31,918 nucleotides of DNA from a virus (lineage: Duplodnaviria > Caudoviricetes): positions 1 through 31,918 of the IMG/VR virus record IMGVR_UViG_3300030095_005310; one strand, written 5' to 3'. This document shows, in pieces, positions 1-8,301 of this stretch. The translations under genes and the position numbers were made by a program. Numbering within the stretch: the first letter of the stretch is position 1; each line of letters opens with the position of its first letter. The notes beneath the pieces are model-generated. The model had not been told where the DNA came from. It saw only the letters and a list, made by a program, of their open reading frames with translations, and made no database searches.

Positions 1-14
1 GGTTTCCGGTGCTG
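1..14 (+). repeat. Terminal direct repeat, left copy (GGTTTCCGGTGCTG); candidate cos end
   Basis: Identical to 31905-31918; lies 26 nt upstream of terS. Confidence 0.85.
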
Positions 15-40
15 ACCGTCGAACCTCTATAAAAATAAAT

Positions 41-496
41 TTGAATAACTTAACTGCAACTATCGAACAACTTTGCAATCAAATCGGCATTAGCCGAATC
101 AGCTACAATACATTTCGCAAACTTCCGGGGGCGCCACAATGCAAACGCGGCGCATACGATGTTAATTTGTGGAAAACGTTTATTGAGTCAAACAACCTCA
201 ATTCCAGAAGTCGGCAATTTAAAGATGCCGGCGAATTGCAACGCGAGAAACTAGCCAAACAGAATGAACTTTTGCAGATCGAAATTGATGTGAAGCGCGG
301 CGACTTGTTACCCCGCGGCGAAGTGCAAACCGAGTTGACGCGGATGATCGCGCAATTCAAGTCGGTGCTTTATACCAAGCTGGAAGCTGAATCGCCCCCG
401 GTGCTTGAAGGACAAAAGGCCGCGGAAATCCAATTGCATTTGCGGCAAGCGTTGGGCGAGGCGTTCGAACAATTGAACGGGGAAAAATGGGCATGA
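41..496 (+). CDS. Terminase small subunit (Nu1-like)
   Basis: N-terminal HTH-like segment, coiled coil, 'EIDVKRGDLLPRGEV' motif; lies between the end repeat and terL. Confidence 0.8.
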   Translation: MNNLTATIEQLCNQIGISRISYNTFRKLPGAPQCKRGAYDVNLWKTFIESNNLNSRSRQFKDAGELQREKLAKQNELLQIEIDVKRGDLLPRGEVQTELTRMIAQFKSVLYTKLEAESPPVLEGQKAAEIQLHLRQALGEAFEQLNGEKWA

Positions 497-693
497 AGAA
501 AAATTATAAAATACCAAAAGGTTTTGTTTTTCCTGAAGATAAGGAAATTCCGATTGGAATTGTTGCTTGGCCTTTTATGGAAGGAAAATCAATAAACGAA
601 ATTGCCAAAGAGGAACGCATAACAACAAAAGAAGTTGAAGACGTTTTACGAAGGCGGATGGAACAATTGATTGATTTTTGCAACAAGGCATGA
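493..693 (+). CDS. Small HTH DNA-binding protein (sigma region 4-like)
   Basis: 'GKSINEIAKEERITTKEVEDVLRR'; ATGA overlaps with both terS and terL. Confidence 0.6.
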   Translation: MKKNYKIPKGFVFPEDKEIPIGIVAWPFMEGKSINEIAKEERITTKEVEDVLRRRMEQLIDFCNKA

Positions 694-2423
694 CCTACGT
701 TGAACAAGTAGCCCGAGCCGCAATCCGCCCCCGGTCAACGGACGCCCCTTGGCTTTGGGCCGAAAAAAATATCACGGTCGATAAAACCTCACCTTTTCCC
801 GGCAAGTACAAATCCACAACGGCGCCTTGGACGATGGAACCCATGGAAGTGTTCGCCGATAACCGCGTGCGCGAGTTGTCAATTATGTGTTCCGCGCAAT
901 CGGGGAAAACGCAAATGGTGATGATTCTTTTGGCTTGGGCGATTGCTGAAGACCCCGGCCCGGCGATGTGGGTTCAAGCCGCGCAAGACGAAGCTAAAAC
1001 TTTTGCCAAAACTCGATTGATGCCAACGCTTGAATCGTGCGACCCCGTTGCCGCTTTGTTCCCTGAAGACCGTCACAGCAAAACGACTTTAGAAATTAAT
1101 TTCGCTTCGATGCCATTAGTCATCAACGGCGCAAACTCCCAAAGCAAACTTCAATCAAAGCCGATTCGTTGGTTGTTTCTTGATGAGGTTCGAAACTACC
1201 CGGCCGGCGCGTTCGAAATGGTAAGCAAACGAACGCGGGCTTTTTGGAATGCGCGTAAAGTTTTAATCAGCACGCCAAACGATGTTGATGACCACGTTGA
1301 TCGGGCATTCAAGGAAGGCGACCAACGCATTTTTTTAATCGCGTGCCCCGAGTGCGGCGAGCGTCACGAATTGGAATTTGAAAATCTGAAATGGGTAACT
1401 GACGAAACAACGTATCGTGATAACAAATGGGATTTTGACGCCCTGACCCCGACGATCCGATATGTGTGCCCCAAGTGCCAAGCCGAGTTGCCTGACCGTC
1501 CTGATATTCGAAAACAGATTGCCAACTCGGGAACTTGGAAAGCGACCAACCCGGACGCGCCAACGCAAAAGGTTTCGTTTCGATGGTCGGCGTTGCTTCC
1601 CCCGTGGGTACGTTGGGCCGACTTGGTGCAGGAGTTTTTGGCGGCACGGGCAGCGATGAAAGTGGGCTCGGTCGAACCGTTCAAAACTTTTCGTTGCGAA
1701 TCGCTTGGGTTGCCTTGGTCAACCGAGTTATCGGAAGAAGAAACCGAAATTGATTTGGCAAAGCACGACGACGCTTGGCCTTGGGATGGTGAAAAATATC
1801 GGTTCGCGACTGTCGATGTTCAAAAAGATCATTATTATTTTTTGGTGCGTGCATGGGCGGAAGACGGGCAAAGCCGTTTGGTGCATTGGGCAAAGCCGAC
1901 AAGCTTTGAAGATTTGGAAGCGTTACGAATCGAACACAAGGTTGAAAAACATTTGTTGTTTATCGACTCGGGCTATTCAGCCAACCGGGTTTATTCCGCG
2001 TGCAATCAATACGGTTGGACGTGTCTAAAAGGCGGCGCGGCCAAAGACTTCACGCACAAAAGCCGAGACGGCAAAACGATCAAGCGGGCGTTTAGTCAAA
2101 AAATACAAATCGACCCCGGCCAAGGCACAAGCAAAGCCGGCCGGCTCAAAACCGTTCCCCTTTTCCATTGGTCGAACCCGACTTGCAAAGACATCTTGGC
2201 AAACTTGCGCGACGGCAAGGGCGCTGAATGGTTGGCATACTCTGAAGCCGGCGAAGACTATGAAGCGCAAATGTTTTCCGAGCGCAAAGTTCAACGGCAC
2301 GACCGAGCCGGGCAAGCCGTTTACGAATGGCGCAAGATCGGCAAACGACAAAATCACTTGTGGGATTGTGAGTGTATGCAAGTTGTCGCGGCTTTGATGG
2401 GGCGCGTTTTGCGAGATTTTTAA
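690..2423 (+). CDS. terL: Terminase large subunit, GpA family
   Basis: Walker A 'SAQSGKT', Walker B 'LFLDE', 'ISTP', CPEC/CPKC zinc motifs, nuclease 'TVDVQ', 'NHLWDCE'; ATG at 690 overlaps the upstream stop. Confidence 0.97.
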   Translation: MTYVEQVARAAIRPRSTDAPWLWAEKNITVDKTSPFPGKYKSTTAPWTMEPMEVFADNRVRELSIMCSAQSGKTQMVMILLAWAIAEDPGPAMWVQAAQDEAKTFAKTRLMPTLESCDPVAALFPEDRHSKTTLEINFASMPLVINGANSQSKLQSKPIRWLFLDEVRNYPAGAFEMVSKRTRAFWNARKVLISTPNDVDDHVDRAFKEGDQRIFLIACPECGERHELEFENLKWVTDETTYRDNKWDFDALTPTIRYVCPKCQAELPDRPDIRKQIANSGTWKATNPDAPTQKVSFRWSALLPPWVRWADLVQEFLAARAAMKVGSVEPFKTFRCESLGLPWSTELSEEETEIDLAKHDDAWPWDGEKYRFATVDVQKDHYYFLVRAWAEDGQSRLVHWAKPTSFEDLEALRIEHKVEKHLLFIDSGYSANRVYSACNQYGWTCLKGGAAKDFTHKSRDGKTIKRAFSQKIQIDPGQGTSKAGRLKTVPLFHWSNPTCKDILANLRDGKGAEWLAYSEAGEDYEAQMFSERKVQRHDRAGQAVYEWRKIGKRQNHLWDCECMQVVAALMGRVLRDF

Positions 2424-2507
2424 ACGTTGTCAATTTCTGCACCTTTTTTCAGATAAAGGGTACACAAATTGAATTGTTTACTTTTTTTATTTTTTTAAGT
2501 TTTCTTA

Positions 2508-2537
2508 TTGACGTAAACCCAGCAGTTGGGTTTTAAT
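2508..2537 (+). promoter_or_regulatory. Sigma70-like promoter with an inverted-repeat operator in the spacer
   Basis: TTGACG-18 nt-TTTAAT with a T-rich upstream tract; AAACCCA-gcagt-TGGGTTT at 2515-2533. Confidence 0.7.
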
Positions 2538-2576
2538 GTTTCCAGCGCGAGGGAATAAGCCCAAGCAACAACAAAA

Positions 2577-2771
2577 ATGAAAATCAACCTAGATCACATT
2601 ATTCTTACTTCAAAAAACCAAGTTGTTAATATTTGGTTTAACAACTCACGTTCTTTTTCCTCACCACGTTGGGCCGGTTTCAAAAACTTTCCTATGAGCG
2701 TTAATTACACTCTGTACGAGGGAAACTGGCAAGTTTCCTACTCATACAAACAAACAAAGGCGAGCGCATAA
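2577..2771 (+). CDS. Small hypothetical protein (accessory cassette)
   Basis: 64-aa ORF directly after the promoter, A/C-rich leader. Confidence 0.65.
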   Translation: MKINLDHIILTSKNQVVNIWFNNSRSFSSPRWAGFKNFPMSVNYTLYEGNWQVSYSYKQTKASA

Positions 2772-2799
2772 GCGCCGCCTCTGGAAAGGAACCAAACAA

Positions 2800-3126
2800 A
2801 TGAAAAAAATCACATTCACAAAAAACGAATTGGCCGCGGTTAAATGCTGTTTAAATTACGATTCCTCTGACGACATTGACGATGATCGCCTTGGTCAATT
2901 AGAAGACAATTACTCAAACGGCGGGCCTGAAGAATTTAAACAATTGCTTGGCTGGAATGATCACCAAGTGGCGGGCTTGATTAGCTCAATGGAACAAAAA
3001 GGCATTGGGTATTGTGACACCGATGACATGGCAGAGGGGCAAACAGGGCCGATTTTTTGGTTGTCCGAGGATGCAATAAACGCATATTTTGACCTCAAGA
3101 AAAAAGCGCAAGCCGCAACTGTTTAA
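2800..3126 (+). CDS. Acidic hypothetical protein, possibly winged-helix
   Basis: 108 aa, D/E-rich; AAGGA leader; 'GWNDHQVAGLISSMEQKG'. Confidence 0.75.
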   Translation: MKKITFTKNELAAVKCCLNYDSSDDIDDDRLGQLEDNYSNGGPEEFKQLLGWNDHQVAGLISSMEQKGIGYCDTDDMAEGQTGPIFWLSEDAINAYFDLKKKAQAATV

Positions 3127-3151
3127 CGCAAATTAAAACACAAAAACGAAA

Positions 3152-3361
3152 ATGAAAAATACCGAAAGACCATCACAAGCAGAGTTACAAGGCAAGTTGC
3201 AGGAATACATTTTGGGACGCATTGCCGCCAAGGGTTTCCATTTTTCACGCGGCAACCGAGACAATCGCTCAATCGACGCGTTGCAAAAAAAGGGACTTGT
3301 AAAAACCGAAGTACACACAACCCCAAGCGGGCAGCGTATTCGGAAGGTAGTGGCGAAATGA
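3152..3361 (+). CDS. Small basic hypothetical protein
   Basis: 69-aa ORF; ATGA-coupled to the next gene. Confidence 0.65.
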   Translation: MKNTERPSQAELQGKLQEYILGRIAAKGFHFSRGNRDNRSIDALQKKGLVKTEVHTTPSGQRIRKVVAK

Positions 3362-3540
3362 AAAGCCAAAATTATTACGTTTACGGATACACAGACAGGC
3401 ATTGCGGGGTCGGGTTTCCTGCAAGTGAAAAAGCGTTTGAAACAAAAGAAGCGGCCGAAAAGCATTTGAAAACAATCGGCCGCAAAGGGTTCAAATTTAA
3501 AAACAATGACGGCAAACTTGGATGGGTGCAAAAAGGATAA
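3358..3540 (+). CDS. Small hypothetical protein
   Basis: 60 aa; 'FETKEAAEKHL'; coupled start. Confidence 0.65.
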   Translation: MKSQNYYVYGYTDRHCGVGFPASEKAFETKEAAEKHLKTIGRKGFKFKNNDGKLGWVQKG

Positions 3541-3544
3541 ACAA

Positions 3545-3736
3545 ATGAAAAAAGAAAAAATTTACACATTGAGCGTTGATGACCACATCGTTTACGAGAA
3601 AACATATCAAGTAAAAGCGCACAGCATAAAAGAGGCGCGGGAAAAGTTTAAAAGCGGAGATTGGTTTGATGTGCAAGAGGATGCACAGACTTATTTTTAC
3701 AAGTCTGTAATTAAAAAAGTTGAAGTGGATAAATGA
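3545..3736 (+). CDS. Small hypothetical protein
   Basis: ATG at 3545 after AAGGA; 'YQVKAHSIKEAREKF'. Confidence 0.65.
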   Translation: MKKEKIYTLSVDDHIVYEKTYQVKAHSIKEAREKFKSGDWFDVQEDAQTYFYKSVIKKVEVDK

Positions 3737-4026
3737 AAAAAGAAAAAACAGAACATAGCGTAACCGTGCTTGCATACGTTCCCGGCGGAATTGATATTTT
3801 GAAACAAATGTTAGATCCCGTAGGGGAGGTGCAAAAAAATCAAGCGTTGAAACTTTTAGGGAAGGCAACAAAAAACAGATATGATGTTAAGAGGTTTGGA
3901 GTCAATTATGATGTTTCCGAGTTTGGAATAGCTATTGCAGACAAAGAATCAATTTTTCTAAAAATATCGAGACATGACGGAGATAAAATTTATTCGGTTG
4001 AATTGCAATTGGAGTCATTAAATTGA
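3733..4026 (+). CDS. Hypothetical protein
   Basis: 97 aa; ATGA-coupled. Confidence 0.6.
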   Translation: MKKEKTEHSVTVLAYVPGGIDILKQMLDPVGEVQKNQALKLLGKATKNRYDVKRFGVNYDVSEFGIAIADKESIFLKISRHDGDKIYSVELQLESLN

Positions 4027-4190
4027 AAAAACCAATTTTATGCCCTCATTGCAACAAGCCAATCAACATTGGTCAGATTTTGGGCAGCGTCACAAGCGAA
4101 GCCAAAGCGGCGGCAGCAAAAGCCAACGCAAGTAAACCCCCTGCCCCCGGTAAAAATCCACGCGGCCGGCCCCGTAAAAAAACCCCTTGA
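4023..4190 (+). CDS. Small CxxC / AT-hook DNA-binding protein (absent from the ORF track)
   Basis: TTG start after GGAG; (M)KKPILCPHCNKPINIGQILGSVTSEAKAAAAKANASKPPAPGKNPRGRPRKKTP, 55 aa. Confidence 0.75.
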   Translation: MKKPILCPHCNKPINIGQILGSVTSEAKAAAAKANASKPPAPGKNPRGRPRKKTP

Positions 4191-4195
4191 GATGT
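4184..4195 (+). promoter_or_regulatory. CCCTTGAGATGT motif, copy 1
   Basis: Exact copy of the recurring 12-mer; downstream -10 is weak. Confidence 0.55.
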
Positions 4196-4196
4196 C

Positions 4197-4228
4197 AGCG
4201 ACTTCGTTTTTTATGGAGTCGCTTTTTT
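4197..4228 (+). terminator. Rho-independent terminator closing the accessory cassette
   Basis: AGCGACTT...GAGTCGCT stem followed by a T run. Confidence 0.7.
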
Positions 4229-4313
4229 CATAGTTAAATTGTTTTGGTTCTAACTTCTTACCAGCGCCCGAGTGTCAAAGCTCGGGCGTCCTGCCTTTTG
4301 AGGGGCGCAATTG

Positions 4314-4343
4314 CCCTTGAAATGTTCGCCAAATCCTTAAACT
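4314..4343 (+). promoter_or_regulatory. Putative late promoter, copy 2 (CCCTTGAAATGT...TAAACT)
   Basis: TAAACT at 4338-4343; 6 nt separate it from the ATG at 4350. Confidence 0.7.
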
Positions 4344-4349
4344 CGGGAA

Positions 4350-4592
4350 ATGGCCGAGGGTTTATTTCTCGATTTTTCAACATCTGAAATCACAACAATT
4401 TTGGCAAAAGCCAAGACGCTTGTGACTGATGGCAAAACGCTGATGAGTTATTCGGTCGGCGGAAGGAACGCGACCAAACAGTTTTCATTGCCAGTTGACA
4501 CGGTTTTGCGGGAATGCCGTTACGCACTAAAACGCAAAGACCCTGCAACCTACGGTTACGCATCAACCCGTACATTTGCCAAATTCAGATGA
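4350..4592 (+). CDS. Head completion protein (gpW-like)
   Basis: Small gene directly before a lambda-type portal; 'MSYSVGGRN'. Confidence 0.7.
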   Translation: MAEGLFLDFSTSEITTILAKAKTLVTDGKTLMSYSVGGRNATKQFSLPVDTVLRECRYALKRKDPATYGYASTRTFAKFR

Positions 4593-5986
4593 TTAAAAAC
4601 TTTTTTAAAAAACTTGGGTATTTGTTCGATCACACAAACGTTAATCATCGTTTTCGTAATCCGATTCGAAGCCTTACCCAAGACACGCCCGCGTTGATTC
4701 CTACGGGCACGCATCAGCAATTGATTTCTGCCGGCCGATGGTTGTTTGGAAACTTTGCCCCGGTGCGTGGCGCCCTTTTGGAACAAGCGACATATTCAGT
4801 TCAGCCGTTTACTTGCCAATATGTCGGCAGAGACAAGGAATGGGGCGTTGAAGCTGAAGCTTGGCTCAAAGATTGGCACAAGGTTTGTGACATTCAAGGC
4901 CGTGCCGATTTCGAGGAATTGCTTTATTTGGCTTTAATCGGAATTAAACGCGATGGCGACATTGGTGTTTTGTTGACTGAATCGCGTGGCAAATATCCCG
5001 CCGTTCAAATGGTGCCGGCTCACCGTATCGGTTCGCGTTCAAATGGCATCATTGCAGACGGGCCATTCAAAGGCCGGCAGATCACAAACGGCGTGATCAC
5101 AAACGCAAACGGTCGGGCGATAGGTTACGAACTCACAAACGGCCGGCGCATTTCTGCAACTGATTTTTCGCTTTGTTACTTTCCCGAATGGTCAGATCAA
5201 AACCGCGGCCTAACCCCATTGGCCGGCGTTGTTGCCGACTTGCAAGATGTCAAAGAATTGCGGCAATACGAGTTGACCGCGCAAAAAGCCCAAGCGTCAA
5301 TTTCGTTAATCGAACACAACGAAAGCGGGCTTGCTGATGACTCCGAAGCGTTTATTGAGCAAACGATTGAATCAAACGAACTTGATACAACGGTCGAAAC
5401 TTTGGAGGGCGGCGCGATTCGTTATTTCCGGGCGGGCTCGGGCGCGAAGATTGAAACCGTCGAATCGAATCGGCCAAGTAAGAACGCCCAAGAATTTGAA
5501 GCGACAATCATGCGGGCCGCGTTTCAAGCTTTAGAATGGCCGTTTGATTTCTCGCTTGATCCTTCAAAGATTGGCGGCGCCGTTGTTCGTTTAGTTGCTG
5601 CAAAGGCGCAACGGACGATTGAAAAAAATCAACGCTTAGTTCGTAAGATTGCGCGACGTATTGACGGTTATGGAATCGCCAAGGCAATCAAGCTTGGCTT
5701 GTTACCAATGCCGCCAAGTGGTGATTGGTATTCATGGCACTACCAAGGCCCGCGACGTTTGACCGTAGACGCCGGCCGCGATGCCAATGCCGCCCGCGAG
5801 GATTACAAGCTTGGGCTAACGACACTCCAGGAGTTGTACGCCGAACGGGGTTTGCATTGGGAAGATGAACTTCAAAAACGCATCGACGAACAACGTGTTT
5901 TATTGGATGCAGCACGAAGCGCCGGCATCGACCCCAACCGCGTGCAACTTTTAACTCCAAACGGATTACAAACAGAAAATGAATAA
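4589..5986 (+). CDS. Portal protein, lambda family
   Basis: 'RDGDIGV', 'DQNRGLTPL', 'GLTTLQELYAERGLHWED'; ATG at 4589 overlaps the upstream stop. Confidence 0.92.
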   Translation: MIKNFFKKLGYLFDHTNVNHRFRNPIRSLTQDTPALIPTGTHQQLISAGRWLFGNFAPVRGALLEQATYSVQPFTCQYVGRDKEWGVEAEAWLKDWHKVCDIQGRADFEELLYLALIGIKRDGDIGVLLTESRGKYPAVQMVPAHRIGSRSNGIIADGPFKGRQITNGVITNANGRAIGYELTNGRRISATDFSLCYFPEWSDQNRGLTPLAGVVADLQDVKELRQYELTAQKAQASISLIEHNESGLADDSEAFIEQTIESNELDTTVETLEGGAIRYFRAGSGAKIETVESNRPSKNAQEFEATIMRAAFQALEWPFDFSLDPSKIGGAVVRLVAAKAQRTIEKNQRLVRKIARRIDGYGIAKAIKLGLLPMPPSGDWYSWHYQGPRRLTVDAGRDANAAREDYKLGLTTLQELYAERGLHWEDELQKRIDEQRVLLDAARSAGIDPNRVQLLTPNGLQTENE

Positions 5987-6752
5987 TGAAACGAAATTGA
6001 TGGCAATTCATCCGGCTTGCGTGCCGGCCGCTCAAGCAATGCTTGGCGCGGTAAATATGCCTGACGACGACGAAGAAAAAAAAGGTTTCGAATATTACGC
6101 CGAAAACGGCACGGCAATCATTTCAATCAATGGTGTGCTTGGGCACAAGTTGACCGCGGCCCAAAAAGCAATGGGCGGCGTTGACACGATTGACGTGATT
6201 GAAGCCGTTGAAAACGCGGCCGCTGATTTAGACGTTCAAACTATCTTGCTCGATGTTGATTCACCGGGCGGAACGGTCGGCGGCATTCCCGAGCTTGCGG
6301 AAACAATTGAAGACGTGCAACGGGGAGGACAAAAACAAATCGTTGCTTACACCGACTCAATGATTGCAAGCGCGGCATATTGGGCCGTTGCCGGGGCAAA
6401 CGCAATTTACGCATCACCATCAAGTGAAGTCGGTTCGATTGGTGTTTATATGCCCGTCATCGACACAAGCCAAAGCTTGCGCGAGCAAGGCGTTCAAGTG
6501 GAGTTGATCAAGGCCGGCAAATATAAAGGAGCAGGATTCCCCGGCGTCGCAATTGATGAAGAAGTTCGTTCATTTCTCCAAGCCGAAGTAAACGAAACGT
6601 ATGATGACTTTGTTGCGTTCGTTTCAAAATATCGCCCCGGCCTTGGAGGCGACAAAATGCAAGGGCAGACATTCAGCGGCAAACGTGCGGCACAAATCGG
6701 CATGATCGACGGCGTGAAAAAAAATCTAAAAAACGCCCTTGAGATGTTTTGA
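5979..6752 (+). CDS. Prohead protease, S49/SppA family (lambda C-like)
   Basis: 'LDVDSPGG', 'ASAAYW', 'VGSIGV', 'AGKYK'. Confidence 0.95.
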   Translation: MNNETKLMAIHPACVPAAQAMLGAVNMPDDDEEKKGFEYYAENGTAIISINGVLGHKLTAAQKAMGGVDTIDVIEAVENAAADLDVQTILLDVDSPGGTVGGIPELAETIEDVQRGGQKQIVAYTDSMIASAAYWAVAGANAIYASPSSEVGSIGVYMPVIDTSQSLREQGVQVELIKAGKYKGAGFPGVAIDEEVRSFLQAEVNETYDDFVAFVSKYRPGLGGDKMQGQTFSGKRAAQIGMIDGVKKNLKNALEMF

Positions 6753-6765
6753 ACTTGTGCAAAAT
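6736..6765 (+). promoter_or_regulatory. Putative late promoter, copy 3, upstream of scaffold and capsid
   Basis: CCCTTGAGATGT at 6736-6747; CAAAAT at the same +24 offset. Confidence 0.6.
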
Positions 6766-6781
6766 GAAGCCTTAGACGGTT

Positions 6782-7168
6782 ATGACAATTGCAGAGGAAA
6801 ACAAAAAGTTGACCGCGGATTTGGATGCGGCAAACGCCCTAGTCGGCGAAGAAAATGCCAAGGTTGCCGAACTTTCCGCCAAGGTCGAGGAACTGGCCAA
6901 CGTGATCACCGGCGCCGAGGCAAAAATTGTTTCGCTTACCGAGGCACACGCTCAAGAGCTTAAGCACGAAAAAACCAAGGTCGATGAAATCGCGAGCGCG
7001 AAAGCTTTGGAGATCGTCGCCCAACAAGGTGCCGAGCCCGCCGACGAAAGCGAAGCAAAGCCGGCCACAAAAACAGTCGATGAACTTTGGAAAGAATACG
7101 CTTCAATTGAAGACCCCAAAGAACGCACAAGATTTTATCGCGCCGAAATTCGGCCGCGTGTTAAATAA
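6782..7168 (+). CDS. Probable scaffolding protein
   Basis: A/E/K-rich coiled coil between protease and capsid. Confidence 0.7.
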   Translation: MTIAEENKKLTADLDAANALVGEENAKVAELSAKVEELANVITGAEAKIVSLTEAHAQELKHEKTKVDEIASAKALEIVAQQGAEPADESEAKPATKTVDELWKEYASIEDPKERTRFYRAEIRPRVK

Positions 7169-7204
7169 CAATTTAAACTTATTATAAATTAAGGATAAAA
7201 CAAG

Positions 7205-8086
7205 ATGGCCAATACCCTAAATGGATTAAACCTCGCTGCCATTGCCCAATCTGTGTTGGACAATTTGAGCGCACAACACACGCCGGTTTCAGCGTTCACC
7301 ACCGATTTTTCGAGTGAAATTGCCGACCAAGGCGAAAGCATCACAACCCGCATTGCGACCGCGGTTTCTGCCGGTGATGCGTCAAGTGGATATTCCGCGA
7401 CTGACGTGACAAGCTCGGCCAAAACCGTGACGCTGAACCAGCACAAACATTTTACAATGGCATTCACCGACTTGGAAATTGCCAAGGGCGGAATGAATAT
7501 GTTGGAACGGACTTTCGTGCGCCCTGCAACACACGCCGTTATCAATTCGATGGTCGACGCCTTGATGGCATTGGTTGTCAATTCCGAGTTTGGCAACAAG
7601 GCAACCGTCACGTCATCAAACTTTGGTGCCGACGACGTGGCAACTTTGGCCGGCGATTTAACAACGTTAAACGTTCCCAAAGATGAACGCGCCTTGATCA
7701 TTAAGCCGGCGTATTACGCAAGCTTGGCCCAAGATAACGCAATTCAAGCCTCGTATGCAACAACGCTCAACGATTCAATAAGAGATCACAGCGTGCCGCG
7801 TGTTCACGGTTTCGACGTTTATGAATATTCTGATATTCCGAGCAACTCTGAAAACCTTGAAGGTTTCGCTTGTGGCCCGGAGGCTTTGCTTATTGCAGCA
7901 CGTCAACCGGCTATTCCGCAAAACTGGTCTGGCGCCGTTGAATCGGTAACTGATCCCGATTCCGGTTTGACGATACAACTTCGGTCTTGGTACGAAGGAA
8001 AAGACGGAAAGCAGATGATCACCGCGACCACAATTTTTGGCGTCTTGGTTGGTTCTAACAGCATGAAACGAATCGTTTCCGCCTAA
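7205..8086 (+). CDS. Major capsid protein
   Basis: 293 aa; position; AAGGA RBS; 'DFSSEIADQGESIT', 'RVHGFDVYE'. Confidence 0.88.
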   Translation: MANTLNGLNLAAIAQSVLDNLSAQHTPVSAFTTDFSSEIADQGESITTRIATAVSAGDASSGYSATDVTSSAKTVTLNQHKHFTMAFTDLEIAKGGMNMLERTFVRPATHAVINSMVDALMALVVNSEFGNKATVTSSNFGADDVATLAGDLTTLNVPKDERALIIKPAYYASLAQDNAIQASYATTLNDSIRDHSVPRVHGFDVYEYSDIPSNSENLEGFACGPEALLIAARQPAIPQNWSGAVESVTDPDSGLTIQLRSWYEGKDGKQMITATTIFGVLVGSNSMKRIVSA

Positions 8087-8277
8087 TGAAGTGCATCATA
8101 ACAATCGGCCGGAAGGGCAATAAATACAAAGCCTTGTATGTCGGCGAAAACGCTGACGAGGCGATTGCCAAGATGGACGAACAAAAAGCCGGCACCGATG
8201 AAAAGGCAGCATCTTACGACGAGATATGCGTTTTCCGCCGGCCGATACACTTCAAGCGCCGCAAGCTTCTCGCTTAG
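8086..8277 (+). CDS. Small hypothetical protein after the capsid gene
   Basis: TAATG-coupled 63-aa ORF. Confidence 0.65.
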   Translation: MKCIITIGRKGNKYKALYVGENADEAIAKMDEQKAGTDEKAASYDEICVFRRPIHFKRRKLLA

Positions 8278-8301
8278 TCACTTGGTTGTTTGGACATGAG
8301 T

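Noticed and set aside
7189-7701. Minus-strand ORFs (e.g. 7189-7701, 12799-13317, 30177-30605)
   Set aside because: Antisense shadows of well-supported + strand genes, with no recognisable motifs
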